Notes: generated from the sequence alone by a model not told the origin. A stretch of DNA of 44,890 nt from Rotaria sp. (GCA_905330235.1 CAJNUA010000046.1:386707-431596), one strand, 5' to 3'. Shown: positions 34,256-44,082, numbered from the stretch's first letter. A program made the numbers and translations.

Positions 34256-37156
34256 CTAATGATAGTAAAGATGTGAATCAGTGATAGAAAGAGAGTAAAA
34301 AGACTACCGTGTTTTTACGTAAAATATTAGCGAGATATTCTGCACCTTTGTCCGTGATCTCATTAAGTCGAAGATTCAATGTAGTGAGTGTCTTTTATTT
34401 TTAAGAAAAAAAATTCGAACTAGATGAAGATTGAATGAAGGTCACCGTATTATGTCGTAGTGCATCAGCGAGATGTTCTGCCCCTTTGTCTCCTATTCGA
34501 TGCGATTGAAGATCCAATGAAATGAGTGTCTGTAAATACAAGAAATGTTAGCTGTACGATGTAATGAGAAAGACGAAGTCACTTTGTCGTTTCGAATTTT
34601 GATTGCTGCTCCAACAGCTGCACAATATCCACTCTGATTATGGCTCAGGTCTAATGTCATGAGTGTCTGTATAAATGAGAATATGGATGTGAAAACGGAC
34701 GAAAACAAAAGTCAGTGTTACAGTATTATTTTGTAATGCATTGGCGAGATGTTGGGCACCTTTGTCTCCTATTTCGTTGAATCGAAGATCGAGCGTGGTG
34801 AGTGTCTGCATAGTGAAAAGTGCTTGATCGTAAGAATCACCACAACAGAAAAAGATTCACTGTATTGTTCTGCAAAGCATCACCCAGATGTTGCGCTCCT
34901 TTATTTCCTATTTGATTCCCTCCCAAAGCATCACCTAGTATCAGAGTGGTCAGTGCCTATATGTACAAGATGAGATACGTATAAGAGAGATGATATGAGT
35001 GAAGATCACCGTGTTATTTCTTAAGGCATCAGAGAGATACTGGGTTCCTTTGTCTCCGATTTGATTGTTCCAGAGAATCAATGTGCTAAGCGTCTGTATT
35101 GTGAGGAAAAGAATCATTTTACGGCCAATGAATGGAAAGTGTTACTGTATTATTTCGCAAAGCATTGGCAAGATATTGTGCTCCTTTGTGTTGAATTTTA
35201 TTGTTCCAGAGATTCAGTGTCTTCAGTGTCTGTGAAGACAAGAACATCAAAATAAGAGAGAACTGGTATACTGATAGATACCATGTTATTACGTAAAGCG
35301 TCAGCAAGATGTTGTGTTCCTTTATCTCCGACTTGATTATTCCACAGATCCAACACTGTCAGTGTCTACGTAGAGATGAAAAGCAATATGAGAAATATGA
35401 GGCGGCAAGGACAAAATTACATTATCATTATAAATTTTTACAGCAGCTCCAACAGCTACACAAAATCCACTTCTATTGCGACTAAGTTCTAATGTTGTGA
35501 GTGTCTGTGTTTCAAACCGATGACGAATATGAGATACATTAACAACGTATAACAGTTACTGTATTATTTCGTAGGGCATCAGCAAGCCGCTGTGCTCCGT
35601 TGTTTCCCACATAATTCAATTGAAGATCCAATGTAGTGAGCGTCTGTATACACAAAGCAAAAGATGAACACAAGAAGGATGAAAAGAGAACGAAGGTAAC
35701 TGTATTATTTCGTAATGTCTCAGCAAAATGTCGTGCTCCTTTGTCCCCGATTTGGTTGTTACCGAGAATTAGCGTAGTGAGTGTCTTTATACAGGAGAAG
35801 ATGAGCTGGGAAAAGTAGTAAAGAGAAAACTTCGCTGACTGTATTATATTTTAAAGCATCAGCTAGATGTTGTGCTCCTTTGTCTTCAATATGATTGTTC
35901 CAGAGATTCAGTGCCGTTAGTGCCTGTTCAGATGAGAATATAAAATCGAGAACGACTAAATAGAACGAAAGTCACCTTGTTTTCTCTTAAAGTATCAGCG
36001 AGATATTGCACCCCTACGTCTCCGAGTTGATTATTCCAGAGATTTAGCGTTCTAAGTGTCTGCATGTAGATGGAAACTAATATGAAAACCATGAAGAAAG
36101 AATTAGTAAATCACTTTGTCGTTTTGGATCTTGGCACATGCTCCAACACCTAAACAAAATCCATTGCCTTTATCACTCAACTCCAGTGTAGTAAGGGTCT
36201 GTGTCAATGACAAGATATGTATCAAACAGAGTGAAAAGAGAGACAAATCCTCACTGTGTTGTTTCGTAGTGTGTTAATGAAATATTGAGCACCTTTGTCT
36301 CCTATCTCGTTGAATCGAAGATCCAATTTAGTAAGTGTCTGTTGTTTTTAGAAAGAAAAAGAATTCGAACTACATTAGGATAGAATGAAGGTCACCGTAT
36401 TATGTCGTAGTGCATCAGCGAGATATTCTGCACCTTTGTCTCCTATTCGATGCGATTGAAGATCCAACGAAATGAGTGTCTGTAAAAAGAAGAAATGTTA
36501 GCTGTATGGTGTGATGAGAAAGACAAAGTCACTTTGTCGTTTCGAATTTTGATTGCTGCTCCAACAGATGCACAATATCCGCTCTGATTATGGCTCAGAT
36601 CTAATGTAATGAGCGTCTGTACAAATGAGAATATGGGTATGAAAAAGGATTAAAAAAAGCTCAGGATCACAGTATTATTTTGTAATGCATTGGCGAAATG
36701 TTGGGCACCTTTGTCTCCTATTTCGTTGAATCGAAGATCGAGCGTAATGAGTGCCTGTGTTTTAAGAAAGTAAAGAATATGAACCAGATAACAAAAGAGT
36801 AAAGATTACTGTATTATTTCGTAAAGCATCAGCAAGATATTGTGCACCTCTATCTCTGATTTGATTGTATTGTAGATACAATGTGGTGACAGTCTGTGGT
36901 AGGACAAGAAAATTAATATAGAAAGATGAAGAGAGCATTTAGATCACCGTATTATTTCGTAAGACTTGAGCAATACTTTGTATTTCTATATCACCAATAT
37001 GATTGGATTGAAAATCCACCATGGTCAGTGTCTGTGTGTGGAAGAGAAGGGGAATATGAAATCGACAATGAGAAAGAGAATCACTGTATTATTTTGTAAG
37101 AAACCAGCGAGGTCTTGCCCTTTTTTGTGACCGATTCGATTCGATTGGAGATCCAT
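34151..37156 (-). CDS. Ribonuclease-inhibitor-type leucine-rich-repeat protein (NLR-C-terminal-like LRR domain), 22 coding exons, ~622 aa. Exons: 37085-37156, 36948-37031, 36810-36893, 36671-36754, 36533-36616, 36396-36479, 36255-36338, 36115-36198, 35976-36059, 35840-35923, 35701-35784, 35560-35643, 35421-35504, 35282-35365, 35146-35229, 35010-35093, 34861-34956, 34722-34805, 34583-34666, 34446-34529, 34308-34391, 34151-34255
   Basis: Each exon is bounded by ag|aca ctc ... aat aca|gtga and encodes exactly one 28-aa repeat with the consensus TLTTLDLxxNxIGDKGAQYLADALRNNT (the RI-like LxxLxLxxNxIgdxGaxxLaxaLxxN). The introns between them are 50-66 nt. The last exon ends ...EVGGDVIEIVETLLRRNYELKAKE*. 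The first ATG at 37154-37156 lies inside a degenerate repeat that is itself preceded by a strong polypyrimidine/AG acceptor, so the true 5' end may lie further upstream. Confidence 0.85.
34308..34391 (-). CDS. LRR exon 21 TLTTLNLRLNEITDKGAEYLANILRKNT
   Basis: 84 nt, phase 0/0. Confidence 0.8.
34446..34529 (-). CDS. LRR exon 20 TLISLDLQSHRIGDKGAEHLADALRHNT
   Basis: 84 nt, phase 0/0. Confidence 0.8.
34583..34666 (-). CDS. LRR exon 19 TLMTLDLSHNQSGYCAAVGAAIKIRNDK (variant repeat)
   Basis: 84 nt, phase 0/0. Confidence 0.8.
34722..34805 (-). CDS. LRR exon 18 TLTTLDLRFNEIGDKGAQHLANALQNNT
   Basis: 84 nt, phase 0/0. Confidence 0.8.
34861..34956 (-). CDS. LRR exon 17 ALTTLILGDALGGNQIGNKGAQHLGDALQNNT (96-nt, 32-aa repeat)
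   Basis: The only exon with a 4-aa insertion. Confidence 0.75.
35010..35093 (-). CDS. LRR exon 16 TLSTLILWNNQIGDKGTQYLSDALRNNT
   Basis: 84 nt, phase 0/0. Confidence 0.8.
35146..35229 (-). CDS. LRR exon 15 TLKTLNLWNNKIQHKGAQYLANALRNNT
   Basis: 84 nt; agrees with the ORF-track frame 35119..35307. Confidence 0.85.
35282..35365 (-). CDS. LRR exon 14 TLTVLDLWNNQVGDKGTQHLADALRNNM
   Basis: 84 nt, phase 0/0. Confidence 0.8.
35421..35504 (-). CDS. LRR exon 13 TLTTLELSRNRSGFCVAVGAAVKIYNDN (variant repeat)
   Basis: 84 nt, phase 0/0. Confidence 0.8.
35560..35643 (-). CDS. LRR exon 12 TLTTLDLQLNYVGNNGAQRLADALRNNT
   Basis: 84 nt, phase 0/0. Confidence 0.75.
35701..35784 (-). CDS. LRR exon 11 TLTTLILGNNQIGDKGARHFAETLRNNT
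   Basis: 84 nt; donor gttacc (weak). Confidence 0.75.
35840..35923 (-). CDS. LRR exon 10 ALTALNLWNNHIEDKGAQHLADALKYNT
   Basis: 84 nt, phase 0/0. Confidence 0.8.
35976..36059 (-). CDS. LRR exon 9 TLRTLNLWNNQLGDVGVQYLADTLRENK
   Basis: 84 nt, phase 0/0. Confidence 0.8.
36115..36198 (-). CDS. LRR exon 8 TLTTLELSDKGNGFCLGVGACAKIQNDK (variant repeat)
   Basis: 84 nt, phase 0/0. Confidence 0.8.
36255..36338 (-). CDS. LRR exon 7 TLTKLDLRFNEIGDKGAQYFINTLRNNT
   Basis: 84 nt, phase 0/0. Confidence 0.8.
36396..36479 (-). CDS. LRR exon 6 TLISLDLQSHRIGDKGAEYLADALRHNT
   Basis: 84 nt; near-copy of exon 20. Confidence 0.8.
36533..36616 (-). CDS. LRR exon 5 TLITLDLSHNQSGYCASVGAAIKIRNDK (Cys-containing variant repeat)
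   Basis: 84 nt; near-copy of exon 19. Confidence 0.8.
36671..36754 (-). CDS. LRR exon 4 ALITLDLRFNEIGDKGAQHFANALQNNT
   Basis: 84 nt, phase 0/0; near-copy of exon 18. Confidence 0.8.
36810..36893 (-). CDS. LRR exon 3 TVTTLYLQYNQIRDRGAQYLADALRNNT
   Basis: 84 nt, phase 0/0. Confidence 0.8.
36948..37031 (-). CDS. LRR exon 2 TLTMVDFQSNHIGDIEIQSIAQVLRNNT
   Basis: 84 nt, phase 0/0, ag..gt. Confidence 0.8.
37085..37156 (-). CDS. LRR gene exon 1 (provisional start) MDLQSNRIGHKKGQDLAGFLQNNT
   Basis: ATG preceded by an in-frame TAG that doubles as a possible acceptor AG. Confidence 0.6.
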
Positions 37157-38880
37157 TATGGCGTGTATCTATTTACGGGCGAAAGCGAAGAAAATGGAAG
37201 AAGTTAAAAATAAATAACAGGCAGCTTGTTATTTGATAAGATTTCGAAAAGACCTTGTTTCACTAGGGAGTGACCATTGTTGCATATTTCTAACATTTAT
37301 GTAGGGGCTCAATATGATTTGTGAGAGAAACTGAAATCAAATTTATCTGTCAAATTGATTGGAATATGAGTCTAGTTTTTCGCATTAATTTTGGTTTTTC
37401 TATATTTGTTCAGTACACTTCATGTTAAAACGCTCCGGCTACTCTCATATGAAAGAGAACTTCTTACCGCTTCAGATGAGGAAAAGGACTTTTTAAATTT
37501 GTGTTTCAGTCCATGTTTGAAACTCAATGAACCATAAAGCTGCAAAACACTTAGGCAAAGTTTTCTAGAAAACTCACGATTGTTCTGGTATTAAACATCA
37601 AATATGCAATCGCTTTTCGTTATCTGAACGAGGATACATCTATCTATTCGAATAAAAAACCTCGCTATTCACTAGAAGAAACTATATCGAAAAACGGATT
37701 ATTTGGATTTGAACAATTTAGTTAAAAAGAAAGTTTTACATAGATGCACGAATACACATGCAATTTGTACTTTAGTGAATTCATATACTTTTATCCAACA
37801 TGCTTGTACTATCATGTGCAAGGTCAAAGAACCTAGAACGAGTGTGAACATGTATGTATGGGCCTGGATGCAAATGGAACCAATATGCAAACCAACATCC
37901 GCCTACACTCTTGCCTTACTTTTCCGATTAATTGTATATGAATAACCGTTGTATATTAATAAGAATGTGTTTATTTTTAGAGGTTTTCGATAGAATGGCC
38001 GGCATTTTTGCTCTTGGCGAAGTGATTCTATAAGTCTGAATAACATATATATTTCGTTGATTACAGGCTGTCATTATATTAGAATGATCAGTTTCAAAAT
38101 ATTGGAACAATTCGATCAATTAGTGTATGATGATGACCATTTTCCCATACAAAATAAATTTATTGTGTCATTGTTCTTTCGTTATTTTATTCCAAATTTT
38201 TGTAAAAGTCTGCACAACGAATAAGTGTTCGCGCGAACAACTATCCTACACCCCTATATGTTAACCTCAAAAAGAGTTTCTTTTCTTAGAAAAATCGATT
38301 CTTTTCTTGGAGGACACGGGACGGTCTGAAACCTATGTTACTTCAATTTTGAGACAATTGTTATGCTTGCAAAATAATTTCCATGATGGACGAAAAAACA
38401 TCTTTCTATTCTTCATGTTTATGAAGAACAAACAATTTGTGAGAGAAAACAGTCCTTACCTGTCGACAGCTCGAAAAGTGGCAAAATAAAATCGTGCTTG
38501 CTTCATCTCAATGCAATCTTATGTATACACAACAGGTGGGAAACAGGCTTTCGTTCGTTCGTACGCGAAGTATTTTGTTTCTGCTGACGCAGCTTTACGT
38601 CAACATGGAAGAAACCATCACGACGGGAACAATCCAGAAGCCAAAATAATAAGGTTTTTTTCTAATTAGATTGTTCTGTAGTTGTGCAGTGTCAAGATCT
38701 TGACACTGAAAAGATGAGGTTCTGGACAAACTTCTTATTCATTTTTGGAGGGCATGGTAAGTTCCGCTTTCCAGGAAATTCAAAAATGGCTACACCTCAA
38801 GTGCAGGAGATTGCAACAAGCAGTATTAATGTGAGAATGTCTGGAGATAATTTTCATATATAAAGGCAAACTTTATATTA

Positions 38881-38985
38881 TGGGTTGGATTGGGTTGGGT
38901 TTGGTTGGAATGGGTTGGGTTGGATTCGGTTGGGTTGGGTTGGGTTGGGTTGGGTTGGGCCGGAATAGGTTGGGTTCGGTTGGGA
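38881..38985. repeat. (TTGGG)n-like pentanucleotide array (tgggt/tggat/ttggt units)
   Basis: tgggttgggttgggttgggttgggttgggc... Confidence 0.8.
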
Positions 38986-39259
38986 AATTCATTTTCGCTT
39001 ACAAGTAATTATAGATAATATGTACATTTATTGAGGTTGCCATAGGGCAAACTTAAGTTCGGAATTCAATTTTAGCTGACACCCATAAATTGCCTGCCAG
39101 CTTCTGCAAGTAGTTGCTGCCTGACATTTGGTCATCCAAGACGCTACCAACAGCTATTAATCAAAATCTAGACGCACCGAGCACAACGCCCCCATGCAAA
39201 CTGGAACCCATCATCGCACTCAGATCCACAAGCCATATCACACCAACACCGTCAACTTC

Positions 39260-39525
39260 ACCCACACACAAATCCCACACATACACCGACACACAAATCC
39301 CACACATACACCCACACACAAATCCCACACATACACCCACACACAAAGCCCACACATACACCCACACACAAATCCCACACATACACCCACACACCGGCCC
39401 ATACATCAACACCCACATACCGACCCATACATCAACACCCACACACCGACCCATACATCAACACCCACATACCGACCCATACATCAACACCCACACACCG
39501 ACCCATACATCAACACCCACACCCT
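39260..39525. repeat. Two adjacent minisatellites: 24-bp unit cacacaaatcccacacatacaccc (x4) followed by a ~28-bp unit acaccgacccatacatcaacacccacat (x4)
   Basis: Read directly; generates the spurious His/Thr/Pro-rich ORFs 39114..39694. Confidence 0.8.
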
Positions 39526-39918
39526 CGAGAGTCCTTCAGTGCTACCCACACTAAGATATGTGGTGTCTGAGTGTTCTTTCTCAGAACTTGATTTAAACAC
39601 CGTTTGTGTTATGCGCTATTTGCTAGATATTGTTAATCGCTGGTGGTCCGTTGTACTGTTTTGTGATCCATGTTGGTCCCTGGTATCTTATTAATAAGAA
39701 AAAAGGATAAACATAATTATAGTCACTTGTAGTTCACGGTTACTTTTTCGATTGTTTCGGATTATTTTGTAATTCATATCCGTCATCCAATGTCCACACT
39801 CACACCCATACCATAATGAAGCTTTTGAAAACAGTGTGTAATAACATAAATTTTCTGACCCAATCTAATCCACTCCCGATGAATATAGATATATATTTAC
39901 AAATAAAAATGAATTTCT

Positions 39919-39943
39919 CAACCCAACCCAATCCAATCCCAAC
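39919..39943. repeat. Short (CAACCC/CAATCC) block, inverted relative to the (TTGGG)n array at 38881
   Basis: aacccaacccaatccaatcccaac. Confidence 0.5.
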
Positions 39944-40169
39944 TTAGACTTCAACTTCATTTCTGTATGTTTTTCAATTAGACGAGTCTTCCCTGATTAT
40001 CCTTAAAAGCATTAGATTAAATTTCCATGAAATTTCCCCTATAGTCACTTTATTTGAATTTGCTGGAAAGCGGAATTTACCATCGCATGCATTTTTGTGA
40101 TCTCTTTGAAAGTACGGTTGATAAGTGAAAACTGAAGTAAATCTAGATGGTAACACAAACGTTGCTATC

Positions 40170-40535
40170 CAGACAGATGCTCCCGCGACAGTTGCTCTCC
40201 ATCGACACAGGTATGAGTGTTGGTGTGAGTTTCGATGCAGGTGTGGCTGTGGGTCTCAGTGTACGTGCGAATGCAATTGTGCGCGTTAGTGTGAAAGTGG
40301 GTGCGGGTGTGGATGTAGGCATGGATGAAGAGATGACGGGCATTCATACCCACAGCCATAGCCTCCCCAATATCCGCACACACCCACACTGGTCTCTTGA
40401 ACTTGTGGGTGTGAGTCGGTGTGCGGGAAGATGTGGCTGTGGATGTGAATGTTCATTGCTTCTTCATCTATCTACACCCACACCCGTGTCGCTGAGAAAC
40501 AACTGTCGCAGAAGCAACTGTCTGCGGCGCATCTT
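40170..40535. repeat. Second member of the inverted-flank GT/CA element family: ccgcgacagttgctctcc - (TGGGTG)n / (CACCCA) core - gagaaacaactgtcgcagaagcaactgtctgcggcg
   Basis: Same flanking motif (gcgacagttg and its reverse complement) as 29380-29940. Confidence 0.6.
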
Positions 40536-41831
40536 TCATCGAATAGAACTAGCTTTTCATTTTTTCCAAAATTGGATTTAGAAAACACGTCTGGTGATTT
40601 ACGTGGTTTTGATGTCACCAAATTTTCTTTTCATTATATAACCATGACAATCAGTATTGAGCCTAAATATTTTCTACTAATTTATGTTATAATCTATGAC
40701 AAGTCTTTTTTCCTTATCTATAGTCTTCCTCAGGTATTGTCAGTAAATTGTTTAATCTTCGTTCCATTTGATTTTGTTATGGACTAATAGAGCTGGGTCG
40801 GTTGATCAGAAATATTACATTTTTTTCGAAATCATTTCAGAAAGAAGGAAGATTCGAAGCTCTTCTTTTTGTAGTCCAATTTGAAATCGAATTCTTCTCT
40901 GCTTTTGAGTTCATAATTGAATGTCGGACTACTATATACATTTTGAAAGACATTATTCTTCGTTATGTTAGTATCATTGTCGAAATTCATAGTTAAATAA
41001 ATGTGGAAACCTCGGATTTAGATCCGAGAGTTATGTGTACTTCAAAAAGTGAATTAGACAGATGAGTCATCCTAGAATGTGTGGACATCAAAATTATCCT
41101 GGCAAATCTTTCCTATAAACACTTGACTTCTATTGGCTATTGCTCACCCAATATGACTTGGGGGCGAATACAGCTCAGATTCGAACTCGTCGTCTTGATT
41201 TACCTTAAGAAAGTCGTTTTTTTCTATCAGTTGATTTATATTGGTTACCCCTCAACCAACAGGATTTCGAGGTAAGTGGAGTACAGATTCGAGTTCTCCA
41301 GTCCAGAAAACCTCAAAGTATCATCTCTGTGATCAGAAGACTGAGCTCTAATTGTGGATCAATTAGACTGTGGACGAAAACAGAACCAATTTCCGTTTAG
41401 TTATCTTTGTAATCGTTGAGTTAATCTTCTTGTTTCTTTATGTTTTATATGGGCGTGTAAAGCCGACCTGATACCCCAAGATATATTTGCTGATATAGCT
41501 TCAACTATTTATCGGAAAAATAGGCTTTTTTTACTAGTTGTACTTTGCATATAGTACTACTCATCGGACACTATTTGAGGTTTATATTACTTAGAATGAG
41601 AGCTGATGAGTACGTCCTTATGATTATTATGCTACATGTGCTTCATATCGTATTTATTACCATCTCGTTCTCAGTGTATATCTCGTTCCTGATAAGGTTT
41701 TATCCATTCTCTCGTGTGTTTACATTCTAGTCACACCACATTTCTCCTAACTTTGATTTTTTTTCTTTCTCTGTCTTTCATTTTACTGAATGCACTCTCA
41801 CACAATAGCAAACGCTCACTAACTTCGTATT

Positions 41832-42075
41832 ATGTTCTCTCCACAACTTGAATGGAGTTGTTCTCGATGTCGATCTACCATGTTTGATCGCCGGAAGTAT
41901 TGTACCGATTGTCATTCTATGTTAAGTTGGACATGTATTGGTTCGAAAAAATCTGGTTTGTACACAAATTATTATCATCGTCGTGACAATTGTATTTATT
42001 GTACACCAGAACTCGAAGAAGAAAAACAACGGAATATGAAGGAAAAGCAACAACAGTTTCGAACTTTGGATGACA
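41832..42075 (+). CDS. Harbinger-like transposase exon 1 (Cys/His-rich N-terminus)
   Basis: ATG at 41832; CSRCRSTMFDRRKYCTDCHSMLSWTCIGSKKSGLYTNYYHRRDNCIYCTPELEEE...; donor a|gtaagt at 42076; phase 1. Confidence 0.6.
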
Positions 42076-42132
42076 GTAAGTAATATTACTTTTCTCAGTT
42101 TACACATGCACTTCTGGTTCCGTTGTTTTTAG

Positions 42133-43028
42133 AACAACATCCGTGGTTAGAATGGGGACGTAGCAATGAATCTTGCCTACAACATACCGGGCATGACGTT
42201 GAACAAGTACAACAACTATATTCTATGTGTGAACAAGCACTTATAAACTACTGCTCTCACCGGAGCGAACAACATTTAGACAGTACTATGACACCATATT
42301 TATCTCCTATGAATTTGCTGTTAGTTACATTATGGTACTTAAAACACTACCATTCTGAACGCTATATTGCTACAGAAGCGAATTTGACGCAAAAGGGAGT
42401 GAATTATTTCTTATCATCGATTCTGGATATTTTACATTCCTGTGTATATCCGGAGTTAGTTTCACTACCTGTTGATCTAGCGAGCAGAAGAACACCACAT
42501 GGACCTGAACGACAACATAAACTAATCGTTGATTCGACTTTTATTGCAATACCTGAACCTTATGATTCAGAAGAACGTAAAGCATATTATCATGCAAAAA
42601 GTCCAACAAATTATGCATTAAAAGTTCAAATAGCTTGCAATTTTCTTCATCGAATTGTTCATGTATCCAAATGCTATCATGGAAGTGTACATGACATTAC
42701 AATTCTAAGAGATTCAAGTCTATTAGAACACGTAAACGACTCTGTACAAATTATTGCAGACAAAGGATACATTGGTGAAGAAAATGTAGTTACTCCAAGA
42801 AAAAAACCTCATTGACGTGAATTAACAGATGAAGATAAAGATTTTAATCGTGATATTAATAGTGCAAGAGCAGCTATTGAAAATATTAACCAGCGTCTTA
42901 AAAGTTATGCTATTCTTGATGATGTTTATAGAGGAGCTATCGATAACTTCCATAAAGCAACACAAATTGTACAAGTCGTTTCTGCTCTGTGTAATTTGAA
43001 CTTAAATAAACATCCTATTGGTAGATAA
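42133..43028 (+). pseudogene. Harbinger-like transposase exon 2 (DDE_Tnp_4 core) interrupted by a single in-frame TGA at 42813-42815
   Basis: Acceptor ttttag at 42132, with phase completing aaa. The core reads ...KLIVDSTFIAIPEPYDSEERKAYYHAKSPTNYALKVQIACNFLHRIVHVSKCYHGSVHDITILRDSSLLEHVNDSVQIIADKGYIGEENVVTPRKKPH*RELTDEDKDFNRDINSARAAIENINQRLKSYAILDDVYRG...IGR*. It contains the HARBI1/PIF signature (D...NxKxxHSxxVQ..C..., PGSxHD, xDxGY, then LTxEDxxFNRxIxxxRxxIExxxxRLK) and continues in the same frame after the stop. Confidence 0.7.
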
Positions 43029-43654
43029 AAACAACGATAAGCTGTATTTGTTCATTTACTAGTTGAAAAGGAAACTTTGCTACTGATGTTTCGTATTGAT
43101 TTAAAATTCTTAGTAGCATACAGTGTACGTTAATAAATACGATATGAAGCACATGTAGCATAATAATCATAAGGACGTACTCATCAGCTCTCATTCTAAG
43201 TAATATAAACCTCAAATAGTGTCCGATGAGTAGTACTATATGTAAGGTACAACTAGTAAAAAAATCATATTTTTCCGATAAACAGTTGAAGCTATATCAG
43301 CAAATATATCTTGGGGTATCACGTCGCCTTCTCACGCCCATATACCATTTTGTAGCTCGTGAAATTCTCTGTCGAATGGTATATAATAGTTGGAGTTTTA
43401 TTTGATTATGATAGTAAAAGCTTTTTACGAAAGTGAGAATAGGTCGATTTTCCTATAGGAAGCCATAGGGAAAAATTACTATTTTTGCAATAACTCAGGA
43501 ACGGCTCGGCCAGTCATGCTCATCTTCGAACTCGACCGAGATATTGTTAAGACTGAACTGTGTAGAAAATTTCATCGCAATCGAACTCTCCTTTCAAAAG
43601 TTATCGTGTAAACGGCTGGACGGTCGGCCGGACGGACTCACTGACCGATTCTAG

Positions 43655-43680
43655 AGTGTACTCACTTTTTGAGTACACAA
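43655..43680. repeat. Perfect 9-bp-stem palindrome gtgtactca-cttttt-tgagtacac
   Basis: agagtgtactcactttttgagtacacaaaaag. Confidence 0.6.
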
Positions 43681-43683
43681 AAA

Positions 43684-43915
43684 GATTTCCTTGGCCGAAA
43701 AAATCGAGTTCGAAATTTTGAAAATCTGACTTCAGATTCGGATTCCCCGACTCTGATTTATTTTCGTCAACCTTTATACAACATCATTACTTTCTCAAAA
43801 AATATTTCCTTCACCGGAAAAATTCAACTGAAAATATTGAAGAACCTACTTCAGATTCGGATTCCTCGACTCTGAATTACCTTCGGTCAAACTTTATAAT
43901 GTTCTTTAATCCCAC
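43684..43915. repeat. Two tandem ~118-bp units
   Basis: ...cttcagattcggattccccgactctgatttattttcgtcaacctttataca... matches ...cttcagattcggattcctcgactctgaattaccttcggtcaaactttataat... Confidence 0.65.
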
Positions 43916-44082
43916 GACCTTTGACTTGCCACAAACATACAGACACACAGACCAGCCCATTTTATTTTATATGGCCCTCCCTTCAATTGAGGGAATAAGC
44001 TCACGAAACGAGCTAACTTTAAGATGCAAAACAGTAATTTACAAAAGTTAGATATAGATGTGAAAGATTCCGAGTAGCTCGG

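Larger units (their letters stand above)
41449..43342 (+). mobile_element. PIF/Harbinger-like DNA transposon with ~210-bp terminal inverted repeats (41449-41660 and 43131-43342), carrying a 2-exon DDE_Tnp_4 transposase
   Basis: The two ends are reverse complements at >95% identity: tatgggcgtgtaaagccgacctgataccccaagatatatttgctgat...catcggacactatttgaggtttatattacttagaatgagagctgatgagtacgtcc. The ORF-track entries 41545..41730 (+) and 43015..43215 (-) encode the same MRADEYVLMIIMLHVLHIVFI peptide, which is simply the TIR read on both strands. Confidence 0.75.

Noticed and set aside
37157-37560. Possible additional 5' exon(s) of the LRR gene upstream of the provisional ATG.
   Set aside because: A gtaaga donor exists at ~37463, but the upstream reading frame (…FKHGLKHKFKKSFSSSEA) has no LRR or other recognisable character. 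I could not support an exon call, and the issue is noted in the gene feature instead.
41130-41215. A GTTCGAATC-like motif on the minus strand suggested a tRNA or tRNA-derived SINE.
   Set aside because: No complementary T-stem, acceptor stem or anticodon arm could be built around it. It is most likely a chance match in the unique sequence flanking the Harbinger TIR.
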